Source: the human T2T-CHM13v2.0 reference genome, Homo sapiens
Assembly: GCF_009914755.1 (NCBI RefSeq)
Contig: NC_060926.1
Direction: 5' to 3' (one strand)
Length of the DNA stretch: 64,000 nt
Shown here one piece after another: positions 42,616 to 56,999 of this stretch (its first letter is position 1; each line of letters starts with the position of its first letter). The notes under the pieces are model-generated. The model was not told the DNA's origin. It worked only from the letters and a program-made list of their open reading frames with translations, and made no database searches. The translations under genes were made by a program, and so were the position numbers.

Positions 42616-43426
42616 TTTTGTCAGACTGTTATAAACCTTTGTGTCTTAATGTTCGTTTATTGATTTATTTAAACAGTGGTAATATATAGAGTTTAACAAG
42701 GGGAGTTATCAGTTAACAAGTTCCTGCTCATGCACAAAGAAGAAATCAAGTAGCGGTGTGATGTTAGCTTGTAAAGAAATCATGGATCTGCATTAGTAAG
42801 TCACAGGTACTCAAGGACCCCTGGGAGTACTTGTTTTGGCAGAGTTGCCTGGCAGTAAGGGCACCAAAATAGCTATGGGAAGGAGGCAGTTTTACTACTT
42901 CTGTAGATCAGGAAATGGTCTTAGTGATACTTGGACTTGTTCACAGATACTTCTGTTGGTAGAATTCAGGACTCATGAATATTTTAGTATAAGCCTTTTT
43001 TCTTCCTCAGTCTGTGTGAGCCCCATGCAGGACTAGGGAAAGTTGTAAGGAGGACCTCGGTCTCTGTGTGTTTCAGGAGTCTCTTGGCTGATTAATCATG
43101 TTGTTACTCATTTGGAGTAATACTAAGCCCTTGAAGACTTCAGGGTGGTATACCTGGCATTGTCCTTGATTTTAAAATATCTTGGAATCTATTATAAGAA
43201 GATTAGGATCATTAGCGAAAGTACTCATTGATGGTCAAAATACATTAAAGAGCTGGAAAAGGAAACTGTGAGGTGTGATCTCTCTCTCTGAATTTTTCCC
43301 CTGCTTGTTTGGATGAATGAATAGAAGGCATATTTATAAAGTTTGCAGAAGACAACTAAAACAGTTTAGAGGGCTATGTTGATACTGACCTGTGCTTCTC
43401 TTGCTTTTTTATTTGCTGCTTTTCAG

Positions 43427-43527
43427 TAAAATATGAAAGAATCAAATTTCTGGTGATTGCTTTGAAGAGTTCTGTGGAAGTCTATGCGTGGGCACCAAAG
43501 CCATATCACAAATTTATGGCCTTTAAG
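43427..43527 (+). CDS. MAP4K4: MAP4K4 CNH exon ([34 protein letters not shown])
   Basis: gcttttcag acceptor, AAG|gtaaca donor; 101 nt. Confidence 0.96.
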
Positions 43528-45010
43528 GTAACAACATCAAGTGAATTTAAAAGTAGTATTGGCCATTCAAGCTGCAACCAAGAGTCAGGGAATATGTTTA
43601 AAAAGTCTGAATGTTAAAATTGCTAATATAAAAGCTATGTGCTAATATAGCATATAACTTTATCATAAACCATTTCTAATGTAATAAGCTTAGTTAAGCT
43701 GCTTTCTAAGCCCACAGTGAGAAGGAGAGAGAGATAAATGTTGGGTAGACACTTTAATCGATGTGGCAATGTGTTCACAGAGGAAAAGAGAACAGTACTT
43801 CCACCCTTCAGTTAAAAAGGTGACCTTCACCTGAGTCATGGAAGCGTGTAAAGATTTAGATGTGTTTTTGATAACAAAACTGTGTCTATCGGGCAGTTTT
43901 AAGATATATCTGTTCATAAAATACTAATTAAAAATTAAATTACAGAAATTCTGATGACAACATTATATACTAAGTGAAAAAAGTTAAAATATTTCATATG
44001 ATTCCATTTTTGTTTCAATAAAAAACTCAGCTATAACATCTGAACTAATGTACAAATTAAGATGTTTTTGCCATTTTGCATGTATACAGTTTTAGGAAAG
44101 TAAATGATGGAGTACTTAGTCTTAAAATTAGGACTGTTTTCATTTGTGAGTTCACAAAAATACTCATGAAATTTACAAATATACCTCACATTGCCTGGTG
44201 ATTGGCTTTTTAGAATAGTTTTTTTATATTTTATTGAAGGGGTAGGTTTCATTTATTTGCAAAATTTGTGTTTTTGGATTGCTTACTGCTTGATTTCCCA
44301 GTGAAGCAGGATAGATGGAGTCACAATATTCGCTTAAAAAATAATATTCACTTAAAAAATAAATCCAAGTGTTACTGAATAAAGAGAATTGGTTATACAG
44401 TTATATTATCTTCTGAGATCTGGCCTTAATATCCTTTATATACCAGGTACCGTACTAGTTGGTTTTATACATATTACCTTATTTAAAGCTGCTGTTTCAT
44501 TATCGTAGTCTCGTGAACTGTGGGTAGTGATGTCAGTGAAAAATGGAGACCACCAGCACAATCCAGGCTGTTGTAGCACATACAGCCTTTTCACCATTTT
44601 AGTCTAGTCAGAAAATTAGAGACCTTTATAGTTCAAATAGCTACTAGTATGATAATAGTGATACAATTTTCAGTGTGTGACTCCTACAACTCCTCTCGCT
44701 CTACTGTGCATTTGAATAGTTGAGTAGCATTTTTAGGAAAGTCCTCACTATTTTACTTTGCATGATTTTCTGATCAAGGCAGCCAAAAGCACAGTAAATG
44801 ACAGAGCAGAAATCTTGATCTGGAAAGGGAGATTTGGAACATATCTTCTGGAAGAAGTGTCTTCTAGATGCTAATTAACAGGCAAAAACGTAATAAAGAC
44901 TAATTTTGTAGAGTATTGTTGCCTTACGGTTGTTGCCAGTGTGGCTCAGTAATTGCATAACTGAGTATGTTGGGTCTTCTCTAGTTTGATCTATTAGAAG
45001 TAAGTTCTCC

Positions 45011-45337
<327 letters not shown>

Positions 45338-45487
45338 TCATTTGGAGAATTGGTACATAAGCCATTACTGGTGGATCTCACTGTTGAGGAAGGCCAGAGG
45401 TTGAAAGTGATCTATGGATCCTGTGCTGGATTCCATGCTGTTGATGTGGATTCAGGATCAGTCTATGACATTTATCTACCAACACAT
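45338..45487 (+). CDS. MAP4K4: MAP4K4 CNH exon ([28 protein letters not shown]...YLPTH); alternative donor after 45511 adds VRKNPHSM
   Basis: ctttgcag acceptor; CAT|gtaaga donor; second donor ATG|gttggt 24 nt downstream, in frame. Confidence 0.95.
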
Positions 45488-46027
45488 GTAAGAAAGAACC
45501 CACACTCTATGGTTGGTTGACTGGCTTCATTTTGTTTTGACTTTCTTCTTTACTCTGCTTAGTGAACTAACACAAGCAGGGATTCATTTCCCCTTGGTGT
45601 GGGGGTGAGTATTTAAATGATACGCAATTTTCAATAGCTCCATGCTCTTAGACAAGTGGAAATCCGCCTTCCTGGCTCTGTGGAGCCCTTGTGAAAACCT
45701 CTTAGCTCTTGCTTTGACTAACATGGGATGGATTTGGGGCAGTTGCTGCCAGGCCAGAATATCCCTGGGTTGGGAGTGGTTCTCAATTGGAGCCCAGCAT
45801 CCAATGTTTCATGGGCCTCAGGAGATATGAGTCAGTAGAGTATATTACTGGGAAAAAGCAGAGTTGGGGATATATATTGCATGACTATTCTAAAATGTTA
45901 ATCTAATTGCTGTATTTATCTTCAGAGATATGGTACCAGTGCATTCACTAAGAGTCTTACTGAGCACTTGCACAGGGCTGGAAATAACCACAGACGTTCT
46001 TCCCTGTACTTTGTTCCTGTTCTCTAG

Positions 46028-46187
46028 ATCCAGTGTAGCATCAAACCCCATGCAATCATCATCCTCCCCAATACAGATGGAATGGAGCTTCTGGTGTGCT
46101 ATGAAGATGAGGGGGTTTATGTAAACACATATGGAAGGATCACCAAGGATGTAGTTCTACAGTGGGGAGAGATGCCTACATCAGTAG
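46028..46187 (+). CDS. MAP4K4: MAP4K4 CNH exon ([53 protein letters not shown])
   Basis: ttctctag acceptor, TAG|gtatgg donor; 160 nt. Confidence 0.96.
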
Positions 46188-46480
46188 GTATGGAGAACTT
46201 GGGGAAAGGCAGCATTTGTGAAAATGGAGCCGTGTCTGAGACTCCATTTATTTATCATGCTGATTTTGTATGTCCTTCAGACCTTTTGACTACCATTGAA
46301 CAGAGTAGTTGGCAGTAGATGGTGGAAAGTTAGATTGTAGGCCGTGGAAAAAGTCATAGGTCTATTTTAGAACAAAATCCAAGTAATTATTTTCTACTTT
46401 AAAAACTCTATTATCATAATCTCTCATTTAATCCTTAAAACATCCAGAGGAATATCGGACATGTTTTTGTTGACCACTTT

Positions 46481-46546
46481 GTAAAGGGAGACAGAGAATT
46501 GGTAAAGAGACAGAGAATTGGTAACGAATTGGTAAAGGGAGACAGA
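46481..46546 (+). repeat. Short degenerate tandem repeat (gagacagagaattggtaa units)
   Basis: About three copies visible. Confidence 0.8.
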
Positions 46547-47045
46547 AAGGGAAGTTATTTGCACAGAATGCTAGAGCCATAACTACAAACAGCCTTGTGC
46601 ATACTTTTCTAGTTTGCATTCAGTAATAAAGACCGATATTTGACATTTTCATGGGTTTCTATTCCAAAACTATTTTGGTTTTATTGTAATTAGGTCACTG
46701 TCTCTGATCACTCATGATTTCTCTTCCCTGCCGTCTCTCATGACTGGATTGATAAAAATCTGTGCACTAAACTCTAAACTCAGTGGGTAATTTTTCTAGA
46801 TAGGCGTGAAAGGCCTAAGGAAAATGAAATAGATCAACCACTGATGCAAGTAACTACTTCACAGGATAGGCAAGGTGGTTACAAAGGCAGAGTTCCTTGA
46901 AAACAAATCCTTAAATGCTAGGCATTTAAATTTTAAATTTTAAAAAGATTTAGAAGTATAAAAATATATTTTTATTAAGTAAGCAACATCTTTTCAGGGC
47001 TGTTTCCTCATCTTTAACGGTTTGCAATTTTTCCCTCCCCAAAAG

Positions 47046-47185
47046 CATATATTCGATCCAATCAGACAATGGGCTGGGGAGAGAAGGCCATAGAGATCCG
47101 ATCTGTGGAAACTGGTCACTTGGATGGTGTGTTCATGCACAAAAGGGCTCAAAGACTAAAATTCTTGTGTGAACGCAATGACAAG
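47046..47185 (+). CDS. MAP4K4: MAP4K4 CNH exon ([47 protein letters not shown])
   Basis: ttccctccccaaaag acceptor, AAG|gtaata donor; 140 nt. Confidence 0.96.
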
Positions 47186-48698
47186 GTAATAGTTCCCTTA
47201 TGGATTCTTTTTAGTTGCTCTGTCTTTTAATAATGGCTTGTTTTCCATGGAGTTTGATGATTAATTTCCTTGGAGTTTTGATAAAAATAATCAAGGAACT
47301 TTTTAAACGTTGCTTTTTAGTCATGTTTGTGAGGATTGGGGAATGTTTTGCTTTTTGCTATGAGGGGATAGAGATATTTTTCTCTGTAGAAATTAACATA
47401 TTTGGGTTTTGCTTTGTATATGTATTTTTAACTCTATTAGATGACCAGTCTAGGCTATAATTAGAGATAGGGAAGATAAAAGCTGCCAGTTTAGTTGGCT
47501 GGAATTCTTTTGTGAGTGGAAGGAACCGCCGTGCCATTTGGGTACATCAAAAGGTTCCTCTGACCTAATGTGTGTCAAGAAGATGCCCCTTGTTAGTCTG
47601 TGAGTGGTGAAATTGCTTCCTAGGTTTGCATGACAGAAATGTTGCACAGTAAAAATCATCTTATGCAGACATAACATACCTCCTGCACCAGAGACCCCAT
47701 GGCATGACACCCCCTTTGCTTTTCAAAACTGGCCATATCACTCCAGGGACGATTCCTGTGGCACCTTCCTCCCAGGAAGTCCCTTTTAAACTGGCTTTGG
47801 AGTTGAGCAGATAGATGGCCAGGGGCGTTGACCCATCCCTGTTTGCCAAGGGAGAAGGCATCGAGGGTGGAACTGATTTTTACTAAGCCTACCCTTTCTT
47901 TCTTCTGCCCAGTCAGACAAAGGCATGTCTGACTACCTAAGGCAAGACACCACGACCTTTGAAACTTGGCCCTGAAGAACGTTTCCACCTTTTGCGTCAC
48001 ATTGACAGACTAGCAGTCAGCCCAGTTCTCAGATTTAAACATTTAGTCATTTAATGCAAGAAAGAAGAAGCTACACATATGTCCTTGGCAGCTGGTCCTG
48101 CTTGCCCGATACATCCCAAACACAAAGTCACTTCACCTCTACCCACTGTCTTCTGCAACCCTACAACTCAGTTTCAAGTGGAGTTTTGCCTACAGATTAT
48201 CTCCCAAATCTGTGACCTTGAAAATCTCTACAGCTCAGACCTAATCCAGGATTTTGTCAGCTTGTTGGCTTATACTTTCCTAAGTATGTTTACCATAGCT
48301 GCAACTATAGCATTCTTTGAATTTCAGGCATTTAAATATTTTTATCATGCATGTCATGTCCTTTAAGATTTATTAATAAATGGCACAAAAATTCTATTTA
48401 TGGGTTATATGAAGTAATTAATACATTTTTTGTTGATTTTTAAAAAGAAATTAGGTTGTTAAGGAGTCTTCCGTGATGCTCATTGTGTTTTTTAAAGACA
48501 TTTATTTATTAGAAGGTGTTAACAGTAGAAGTGGAAAGAAATAACTTCAGAAACATCCATTTTTTTCCTTTGTCGTCTCACAATATGCCAACGTGTAAGG
48601 AGTTAGTAGTAACAAGCCTGAGTTGTAATAAAAATTGGCTGCAGATGGTCACTCCTTACAAATTATAAATTGATAATTGCCCCAGAGGTTTTTGTGGG

Positions 48699-49273
<575 letters not shown>

Positions 49274-49415
49274 TCAGAGTTTCTTTTGAAAAGGCTCTTT
49301 GGGAGTCTAAGCTTCTCGTACTTGACAGTGTTGAGGATGATGGTGGCTTAGATTCCCTGGCTGGAAGTGCTTCATGACCATGGTAACCATTCCCTCTCTT
49401 TTCTTGCTTTTGCAG

Positions 49416-49499
49416 GTGTTCTTTGCCTCTGTTCGGTCTGGTGGCAGCAGTCAGGTTTATTTCATGACCTTAGGCAGGACTTCTCTTCTGAGCTGGTAG
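49416..49499 (+). CDS. MAP4K4: MAP4K4 last coding exon ([27 protein letters not shown])
   Basis: cttttgcag acceptor; TAG stop at 49497-49499; recognised C-terminus. Confidence 0.97.
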   Translation: MFFASVRSGGSSQVYFMTLGRTSLLSW

Positions 49500-50233
49500 A
49501 AGCAGTGTGATCCAGGGATTACTGGCCTCCAGAGTCTTCAAGATCCTGAGAACTTGGAATTCCTTGTAACTGGAGCTCGGAGCTGCACCGAGGGCAACCA
49601 GGACAGCTGTGTGTGCAGACCTCATGTGTTGGGTTCTCTCCCCTCCTTCCTGTTCCTCTTATATACCAGTTTATCCCCATTCTTTTTTTTTTTCTTACTC
49701 CAAAATAAATCAAGGCTGCAATGCAGCTGGTGCTGTTCAGATTCTACCATCAGGTGCTATAAGTGTTTGGGATTGAGCATCATACTGGAAAGCAAACACC
49801 TTTCCTCCAGCTCCAGAATTCCTTGTCTCTGAATGACTCTGTCTTGTGGGTGTCTGACAGTGGCGACGATGAACATGCCGTTGGTTTTATTGGCAGTGGG
49901 CACAAGGAGGTGAGAAGTGGTGGTAAAAGGAGCAGAGTGCTGAAGCAGAGAGCAGATTTAATATAGTAACATTAACAGTGTATTTAATTGACATTTCTTT
50001 TTTGTAATGTGACGATATGTGGACAAAGAAGAAGATGCAGGTTTAAGAAGTTAATATTTATAAAATGTGAAAGACACAGTTACTAGGATAACTTTTTTGT
50101 GGGTGGGGCTTGGGAGATGGGGTGGGGTGGGTTAAGGGGTCCCATTTTGTTTCTTTGGATTTGGGGTGGGGGTCCTGGCCAAGAACTCAGTCATTTTTCT
50201 GTGTACCAGGTTGCCTAAATCATGTGCAGATGG

Positions 50234-50267
<34 letters not shown>

Positions 50268-50459
50268 AAAAAAAAAAAGAAAAAGAAAACGTGTGCATTT
50301 TGTATAATGGCCAGAACTTTGTCGTGTGACAGTATTAGCACTGCCTCAGTTAAAGGTTTAATTTTTGTTTAAACCTAGACGTGCAACAAAAGTTTTACCA
50401 CAGTCTGCACTTGCAGAAGAAAGAAAAAAATTCAAACCACATGTTTATTTTTTTTTTGC

Positions 50460-50467
50460 CTACCTCA
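50460..50467 (+). promoter_or_regulatory. let-7 8mer seed site CTACCTCA in 3'UTR
   Basis: Exact 8mer complementary to the let-7 seed in U-rich context. Confidence 0.7.
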
Positions 50468-52918
50468 TTGTTCTTAATGCATTGAGAGGTGATTTAGTTT
50501 ATATGTTTTTGGAAGAAACCATTAATGTTTAATTTAATCTTAATACCAAAACGACCAGATTGAAGTTTGACTTTTATTGTCACAAATCAGCAGGCACAAG
50601 AACTGTCCATGAAGATGGGAAATAGCCTTAAGGCTGATGCAGTTTACTTACAAGTTTAGAAACCAGAATGCTTTGTTTTTACCAGATTCACCATTAGAGG
50701 TTGATGGGGCAACTGCAGCCCATGACACAAGATCTCATTGTTCTCGATGTAGAGGGGTTGGTAGCAGACAGGTGGTTACATTAGAATAGTCACACAAACT
50801 GTTCAGTGTTGCAGGAACCTTTTCTTGGGGGTGGGGGAGTTTCCCTTTTCTAAAAATGCAATGCACTAAAACTATTTTAAGAATGTAGTTAATTCTGCTT
50901 ATTCATAAAGTGGGCATCTTCTGTGTTTTAGGTGTAATATCGAAGTCCTGGCTTTTCTCGTTTTCTCACTTGCTCTCTTGTTCTCTGTTTTTTTAAACCA
51001 ATTTTACTTTATGAATATATTCATGACATTTGTAATAAATGTCTTGAGAAAGAATTTGTTTCATGGCTTCATGGTCATCACTCAAGCTCCCGTAAGGATA
51101 TTACCGTCTCAGGAAAGGATCAGGACTCCATGTCACAGTCCTGCCATCTTACTTTCCTCTTGTCGAGTTCTGAGTGGAAATAACTGCATTATGGCTGCTT
51201 TAACCTCAGTCATCAAAAGAAACTTGCTGTTTTTTAGGCTTGATCTTTTTCCTTTGTGGTTAATTTTCCTGTATATTGTGAAAATGGGGGATTTTCCCTC
51301 TGCTCCCACCCACCTAAACACAGCAGCCATTTGTACCTGTTTGCTTCCCATCCCACTTGGCACCCACTCTGACCTCTTGTCAGTTTCCTGTTCCTGGTTC
51401 CATCTTTTTGAAAAAGGCCCTCCTTTGAGCTACAAACATCTGGTAAGACAAGTACATCCACTCATGAATGCAGACACAGCAGCTGGTGGTTTTGTGTATA
51501 CCTGTAAAGACAAGCTGAGAAGCTTACTTTTTGGGGAAGTAAAAGAAGATGGAAATGGATGTTTCATTTGTATGAGTTTGGAGCAGTGCTGAAGGCCAAA
51601 GCCGCCTACTGGTTTGTAGTTAACCTAGAGAAGGTTGAAAAATTAATCCTACCTTTAAAGGGATTTGAGGTAGGCTGGATTCCATCGCCACAGGACTTTA
51701 GTTAGAATTAAATTCCTGCTTGTAATTTATATCCATGTTTAGGCTTTTCATAAGATGAAACATGCCACAGTGAACACACTCGTGTACATATCAAGAGAAG
51801 AAGGAAAGGCACAGGTGGAGAACAGTAAAAGGTGGGCAGATGTCTTTGAAGAAATGCTCAATGTCTGATGCTAAGTGGGAGAAGGCAGAGAACAAAGGAT
51901 GTGGCATAATGGTCTTAACATTATCCAAAGACTTGAAGCTCCATGTCTGTAAGTCAAATGTTACACAAAAAAAAATGCAAATGGTGTTTCATTGGAATTA
52001 CCAAGTGCTTAGAACTTGCTGGCTTTCCCATAGGTGGTAAAGGGGTCTGAGCTCACACCGAGTTGTGCTTGGCTTGCTTGTGCAGCTCCAGGCACCCGGT
52101 GGGCACTCTGGTGGTGTTTGTGGTGAACTGAATTGAATCCATTGTTGGGCTTAAGTTACTGAAATTGGAACACCCTTTGTCCTTCTCGGCGGGGGCTTCC
52201 TGGTCTGTGCTTTACTTGGCTTTTTTCCTTCCCGTCTTAGCCTCACCCCCTTGTCAACCAGATTGAGTTGCTATAGCTTGATGCAGGGACCCAGTGAAGT
52301 TTCTCCGTTAAAGATTGGGAGTCGTCGAAATGTTTAGATTCTTTTAGGAAAGGAATTATTTTCCCCCCTTTTACAGGGTAGTAACTTCTCCACAGAAGTG
52401 CCAATATGGCAAAATTACACAAGAAAACAGTATTGCAATGACACCATTACATAAGGAACATTGAACTGTTAGAGGAGTGCTCTTCCAAACAAAACAAAAA
52501 TGTCTCTAGGTTTAGTCAGAGCTTTCACAAGTAATAACCTTTCTGTATTAAAATCAGAGTAACCCTTTCTGTATTGAGTGCAGTGTTTTTTACTCTTTTC
52601 TCATGCACATGTTACGTTGGAGAAAATGTTTACAAAAATGGTTTTGTTACACTAATGCGCACCACATATTTATGGTTTATTTTAAGTGACTTTTTATGGG
52701 TTATTTAGGTTTTCGTCTTAGTTGTAGCACACTTACCCTAATTTTGCCAATTATTAATTTGCTAAATAGTAATACAAATGACAAACTGCATTAAATTTAC
52801 TAATTATAAAAGCTGCAAAGCAGACTGGTGGCAAGTACACAGCCCTTTTTTTTGCAGTGCTAACTTGTCTACTGTGTATTATGAAAATTACTGTTGTCCC
52901 CCCACCCTTTTTTCCTTA

Positions 52919-52924
52919 AATAAA
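52919..52924 (+). terminator. Likely distal polyadenylation signal AATAAA
   Basis: AATAAA preceded by U-rich and TGTA elements, followed by ttttatgtgg. Confidence 0.75.
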
Positions 52925-54784
52925 GTAAAAATGACACCTATTTTATGTGGCATGAGTTTCGAATATGTTCTGACCCTTCAGAATGTTTCCTTCCTGTGAG
53001 GATCCATATTTTATGCATACCTGCCTACCCTGAGCTTCCCGTACCAGAGCAGGCTCCTGTATTTTGCTATTTCAGATGACAGGGGCTTGCCCAAGGCCAG
53101 GTATAGATTACAAAAGTAGCAAATGTTTGTCTAAAGACCTCAGAGATGAAGTGGGAGATGAACCTCCATCACCAGGTTCCTGAAGACAGTATGGAGTAAA
53201 GCTGGTCCTTAAAGAAATGTCACATTTTTGCAGTTTTGAATTTGGATCAAAAAATACAACAGCATGATGTCTGTAATAGGTCAATTAAAGTAGCTCTTTC
53301 TCAGTTTGGTGCATAAATACTAACTTGGGTTTAATAATTGGAGCCCCTTCAATGTAAGGTCATTGTGTCTTCAGCGCTGGGGTTCCCCATCAACCCCCCC
53401 ATAGGCCTGGTAGGCATGATCGCCGTCGGGCAAATCTGGGGCCATGCTCTCAGTGTTGGCACCTCGCCTTAGTCTCCAGGGCTGCCCGTGCTGCATCATC
53501 ATCAATTAGGCATATTAATAAACCACTTCGTGTTTCATCCTAGAAACATGCTATTCTCTCTAAAGGGAAAATATAACTCCTTAGGCTGTCAGATGAGTAA
53601 GTTTTTTTTTTTCCTACTTGGTGTGTTGCAGTTGGTGGATGATTATGAATAAAAATCTGGTGGAGTTTTCTTGGGACCATCATGCAATCCTCCTGTTCCA
53701 ATTTTCTCCTCCACTGGTTGAGATTTCACTTAATGGGAGCAACGGGGGATCCAATCAAGACCCTTCAGCCAACACCAGCTCTGTGTTTTAGCATCACATT
53801 CAAAAATACAGTAAAATTGGTGCATTCTCTGGCATCTCCTTCAAAAAAAAACAAACAAACAAACAAAACAAAACCCGTGCTTCATTTAAGCAGAAGTAGC
53901 TAATGTATTCTATAAAGTAAAATGGCTAAGGAATCAAAACTTGGGGAAAGTAGTTACTATATTTTCTTACGTGAGAAGATAGGCACTCAAATACTGCGTT
54001 CCCATACCTGGTCTACCTCTCCCTTAGGTTAATCAGCCTGTGTCCTTTTGTCAAATTCTTCCTGAAACAGTCTCATCTTTGCCTCTGTCCTGCCCAGCTT
54101 CTTTGCTGTTATCTTGTTCACTATTTCCTAAGGGATACATAGCCTGCATATTAGCTGAGATTGTTTCTCAAATTTAACCACTTATTAAATTTAAACTCTG
54201 CTCCTCCTGAACTACCAAACATGCTGGCACAGAGCAAGCACTCAGAGTCCCTGGCTGTTTGCTTAAGTAGCATGAAATAACTCCTATGTTAATCCAAGGG
54301 AAAACCAGCCTGCCTGTGCAGTGTGGGACGGGCAAGGAAGTGCTCTGGTCTTCCTCTTCTTCCAGGTCTTCCTTCCAGGAAGTGCTGGGGAAGTGTAGTC
54401 CCAGGAGGGCTGCAGAGCTCCATTGCACTGGGCATGGGCCATCCTGTCCCATAACAGGTTCCTAGTACTTACCAGTCCCTCCAGCTGGAGCTTGGGTGCT
54501 GGAATAACACTGCAAGGACTCTTGATTTCTGAGACCAATCTAGTTTGCTTGTTTCTAAGAAATTTGGATTAGATATTCCAGCACAAAGTGACTTTTAAAA
54601 AATACTCATTTCTATTTTGGCCAAAAGTGTAAAATTCAGGCAAGTTACTCACCAGAGTTCTGTGGAGGGATGCGGACAGAGCTGACCAAGGCCATTCTGC
54701 TCTTACCCTGATGTAACAGCCCTTAGAAACTAACATTAAGTAACTGTTCCACAATAAATGGTATTGAGTACCTCTTGATTCTTT

Positions 54785-55160
54785 GACAGCTTTATTGAGA
54801 TACAATTCACATACTGCATAAGTCACCCATTTAAGTAGACAATTGGGTGGCCTGTAGTCTATTCAGAGTTGTGTGTCCATCACTAACAATTTTCCCACGT
54901 TTTTATTACCCCAAGATGATACTCCATACCCCTTTGCTGTTATCCTCCAATCTCTGCCTCCCTCCACTCTGCCCCCCCAAGCTTTAGGCAGTCCCTAATC
55001 TACTTTCTGTCCCTATGGATTGGCTGTTGTGGACATTTATAGAAATGGAACCAGTCACCATGTGGCCTTTTGTGACTGGCTCCTGTCATGTAGCATAGTG
55101 TGTTATAGCTCATCCATGTTGTAGCACGTGTCAGCACTTCATTTCTTTATATTGCCATCC
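54785..55160 (-). mobile_element. L1MB-type 3' end fragment
   Basis: cagctttattgagatacaattcacatac..ctaatctactttctgtccctatggat..catccatgttgtagca. Confidence 0.85.
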
Positions 55161-56671
55161 TTGGTTCTTAATCTATGTTCCTGGTGTTATACTTGCAACT
55201 AACTCACTGACAGCTAGGTCCCCAGCCTCAAAAGTTGCAGAGTTAACCTTTCACCCCTCAGGGGAAACAGCCCCAAAAGCAGCTCCAGAAATGGGTTCCT
55301 CCTAGGTGTGTTTTCAGTTTAAGCTCTTAGAAACCCAGGGATCTCTTTCCACAGATGATCTTGATGCCAAACGTAGGCTTATCATAGGTCAGATGCAGCG
55401 AGTCAAGTTTTGGAATGGGGGACCGTTCTGGAAGCACAGTTGCCAACATAGGCCCTGCCTGCTGTGGAGAGCAAACCTCCAACCCGGAAAAGTTGGGATC
55501 TATGGGCGTTCTTTGTGTCCAAATCCTAAATCAGGGTTCTGAGGTTGTCCCCTCTAACTTATGTGGGCTCACCCCTAGGAAGGGACATAAGAGCTGGCTT
55601 TGCTGAGCTGGGATCCTTTTCTGATCCTTGGCAAACACATGGAGCTGTCACATTTCACAAGGGCCTTGTCCTGTTGGCACCTCATGTATCTTACTGTCAT
55701 AGAGCACATTTCCTCAGTGCTGCCTCCTGGAAGCCCTGACTGTCCCCAGACTGTCATTTGCAGGGTACGTCATTGAGTAAGTGTAGACACTAGTAAACTT
55801 CTGGGAACTTGGTGGCATTCTGGTCAATCTAACAAGTTGAGCAACCACTGTGTGCTGAGCACAGTCTTAAGGTATGGTGCTCCTTTGGGGAAATGCAGAA
55901 TTAACTAAAGGGGTTACTTGGAACAGTGCTTAGTATATTCCAGATGTTAAAGCAGAGCCTTTAGTAAGTGTGTGTGTAAAAGAGACTTAACACTTTTAAG
56001 CTACAACAGCATGCAGCTGCTAGAATAGCTGGCGTGAGTTTGAACTGCATGGATTACGAAGTGAGAGATGACCCCCTTTGGTGGTCAGGTCACACTTAGA
56101 TACACTTATAGAGGGACCACCTGTAGCCTCATCGCAGGAGAGGGACACAGCAGGACAAGGCTCCAAATTAGATCCAATGAAGATGGGTCAAAAGAAAAGA
56201 AAATAATTGGTAGAAGTAAGCATATATTCCTTTAAAAATCAAAATATCATTCAACCTTGATCAATCCATCCTGCTTTGGGGTAATTAATGATAGCAATGG
56301 GATTTTATGTATATTTGCTACGCACCAGGCCGTGTGTACTAAGGGCTTTTACACTTGCCTTCTCAGCCTATAGAAGAGGAGACTAGGCTACCCATTTGTT
56401 AATTTAAACTTATTTGGAGAGACACAAATGCAGGAGCCAGAAGATAGAGCTAGGAAAAGTGGGTTGAGTGCCCTGGGAGCAGCATCGGCCTCCAGTATGA
56501 AAAGGACAATCAGAACTGTCTAACGGGATGAAACAGGCAACTTCAATGGCTGGCCAGGTTCACGGCCCTTGAGGCAGGCTTTGTTGGGCTGTAGAGGACC
56601 TGAAATCCCTTCAGCACCCCGTAGAATCACCTACCTTGAGGTAAGTTGGGACTAGGTATGTGTAAGGGTGG

Positions 56672-56999
56672 TGTATTAGTCCATTTTCACGCTGCCGATA
56701 AAGACATACCCAACACTGGGTAATTTATAAAGAAAAAGGTTTAATGGACTCATAGTTCATGTGGCTGGGGAGGCCTCACAATCATGGTGGAAGGCAAGAC
56801 AGAATGAGAGCCAAGTGAAAAGAAAAACTTACGGAACTATCAAAGCTCATGAGATTTACTCATTACCATGAGAACAGTATGAGGGAAACCTCCCCCATGA
56901 TTCAATTATCTCTCACCAGGTCCCTCCCACAACACATGGGAATTATGAGAGCTACAACTCAAGATGAAATTTGGGTGAGGACACAGCCAAACTGTATCA
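56672..56999 (-). mobile_element. THE1 (MaLR) solo LTR
   Basis: tgtattagtccattttcacgctgc..acacagccaaactgtatca; 5-bp TSD ggtgg at 56667 and 57000. Confidence 0.93.

Larger units (their letters stand above)
49500..52945 (+). other. MAP4K4: MAP4K4 3'UTR (~3.4 kb; end approximate)
   Basis: Follows the stop codon, no recognisable interspersed repeats, AU-rich blocks, ends ~20 nt after AATAAA 52919-52924 with U/GU-rich sequence beyond. Confidence 0.8.

Noticed and set aside
50978-51592. Longest ORF in the track (204 aa)
   Set aside because: TTG start, lies in the 3'UTR, no recognisable protein features; likely chance
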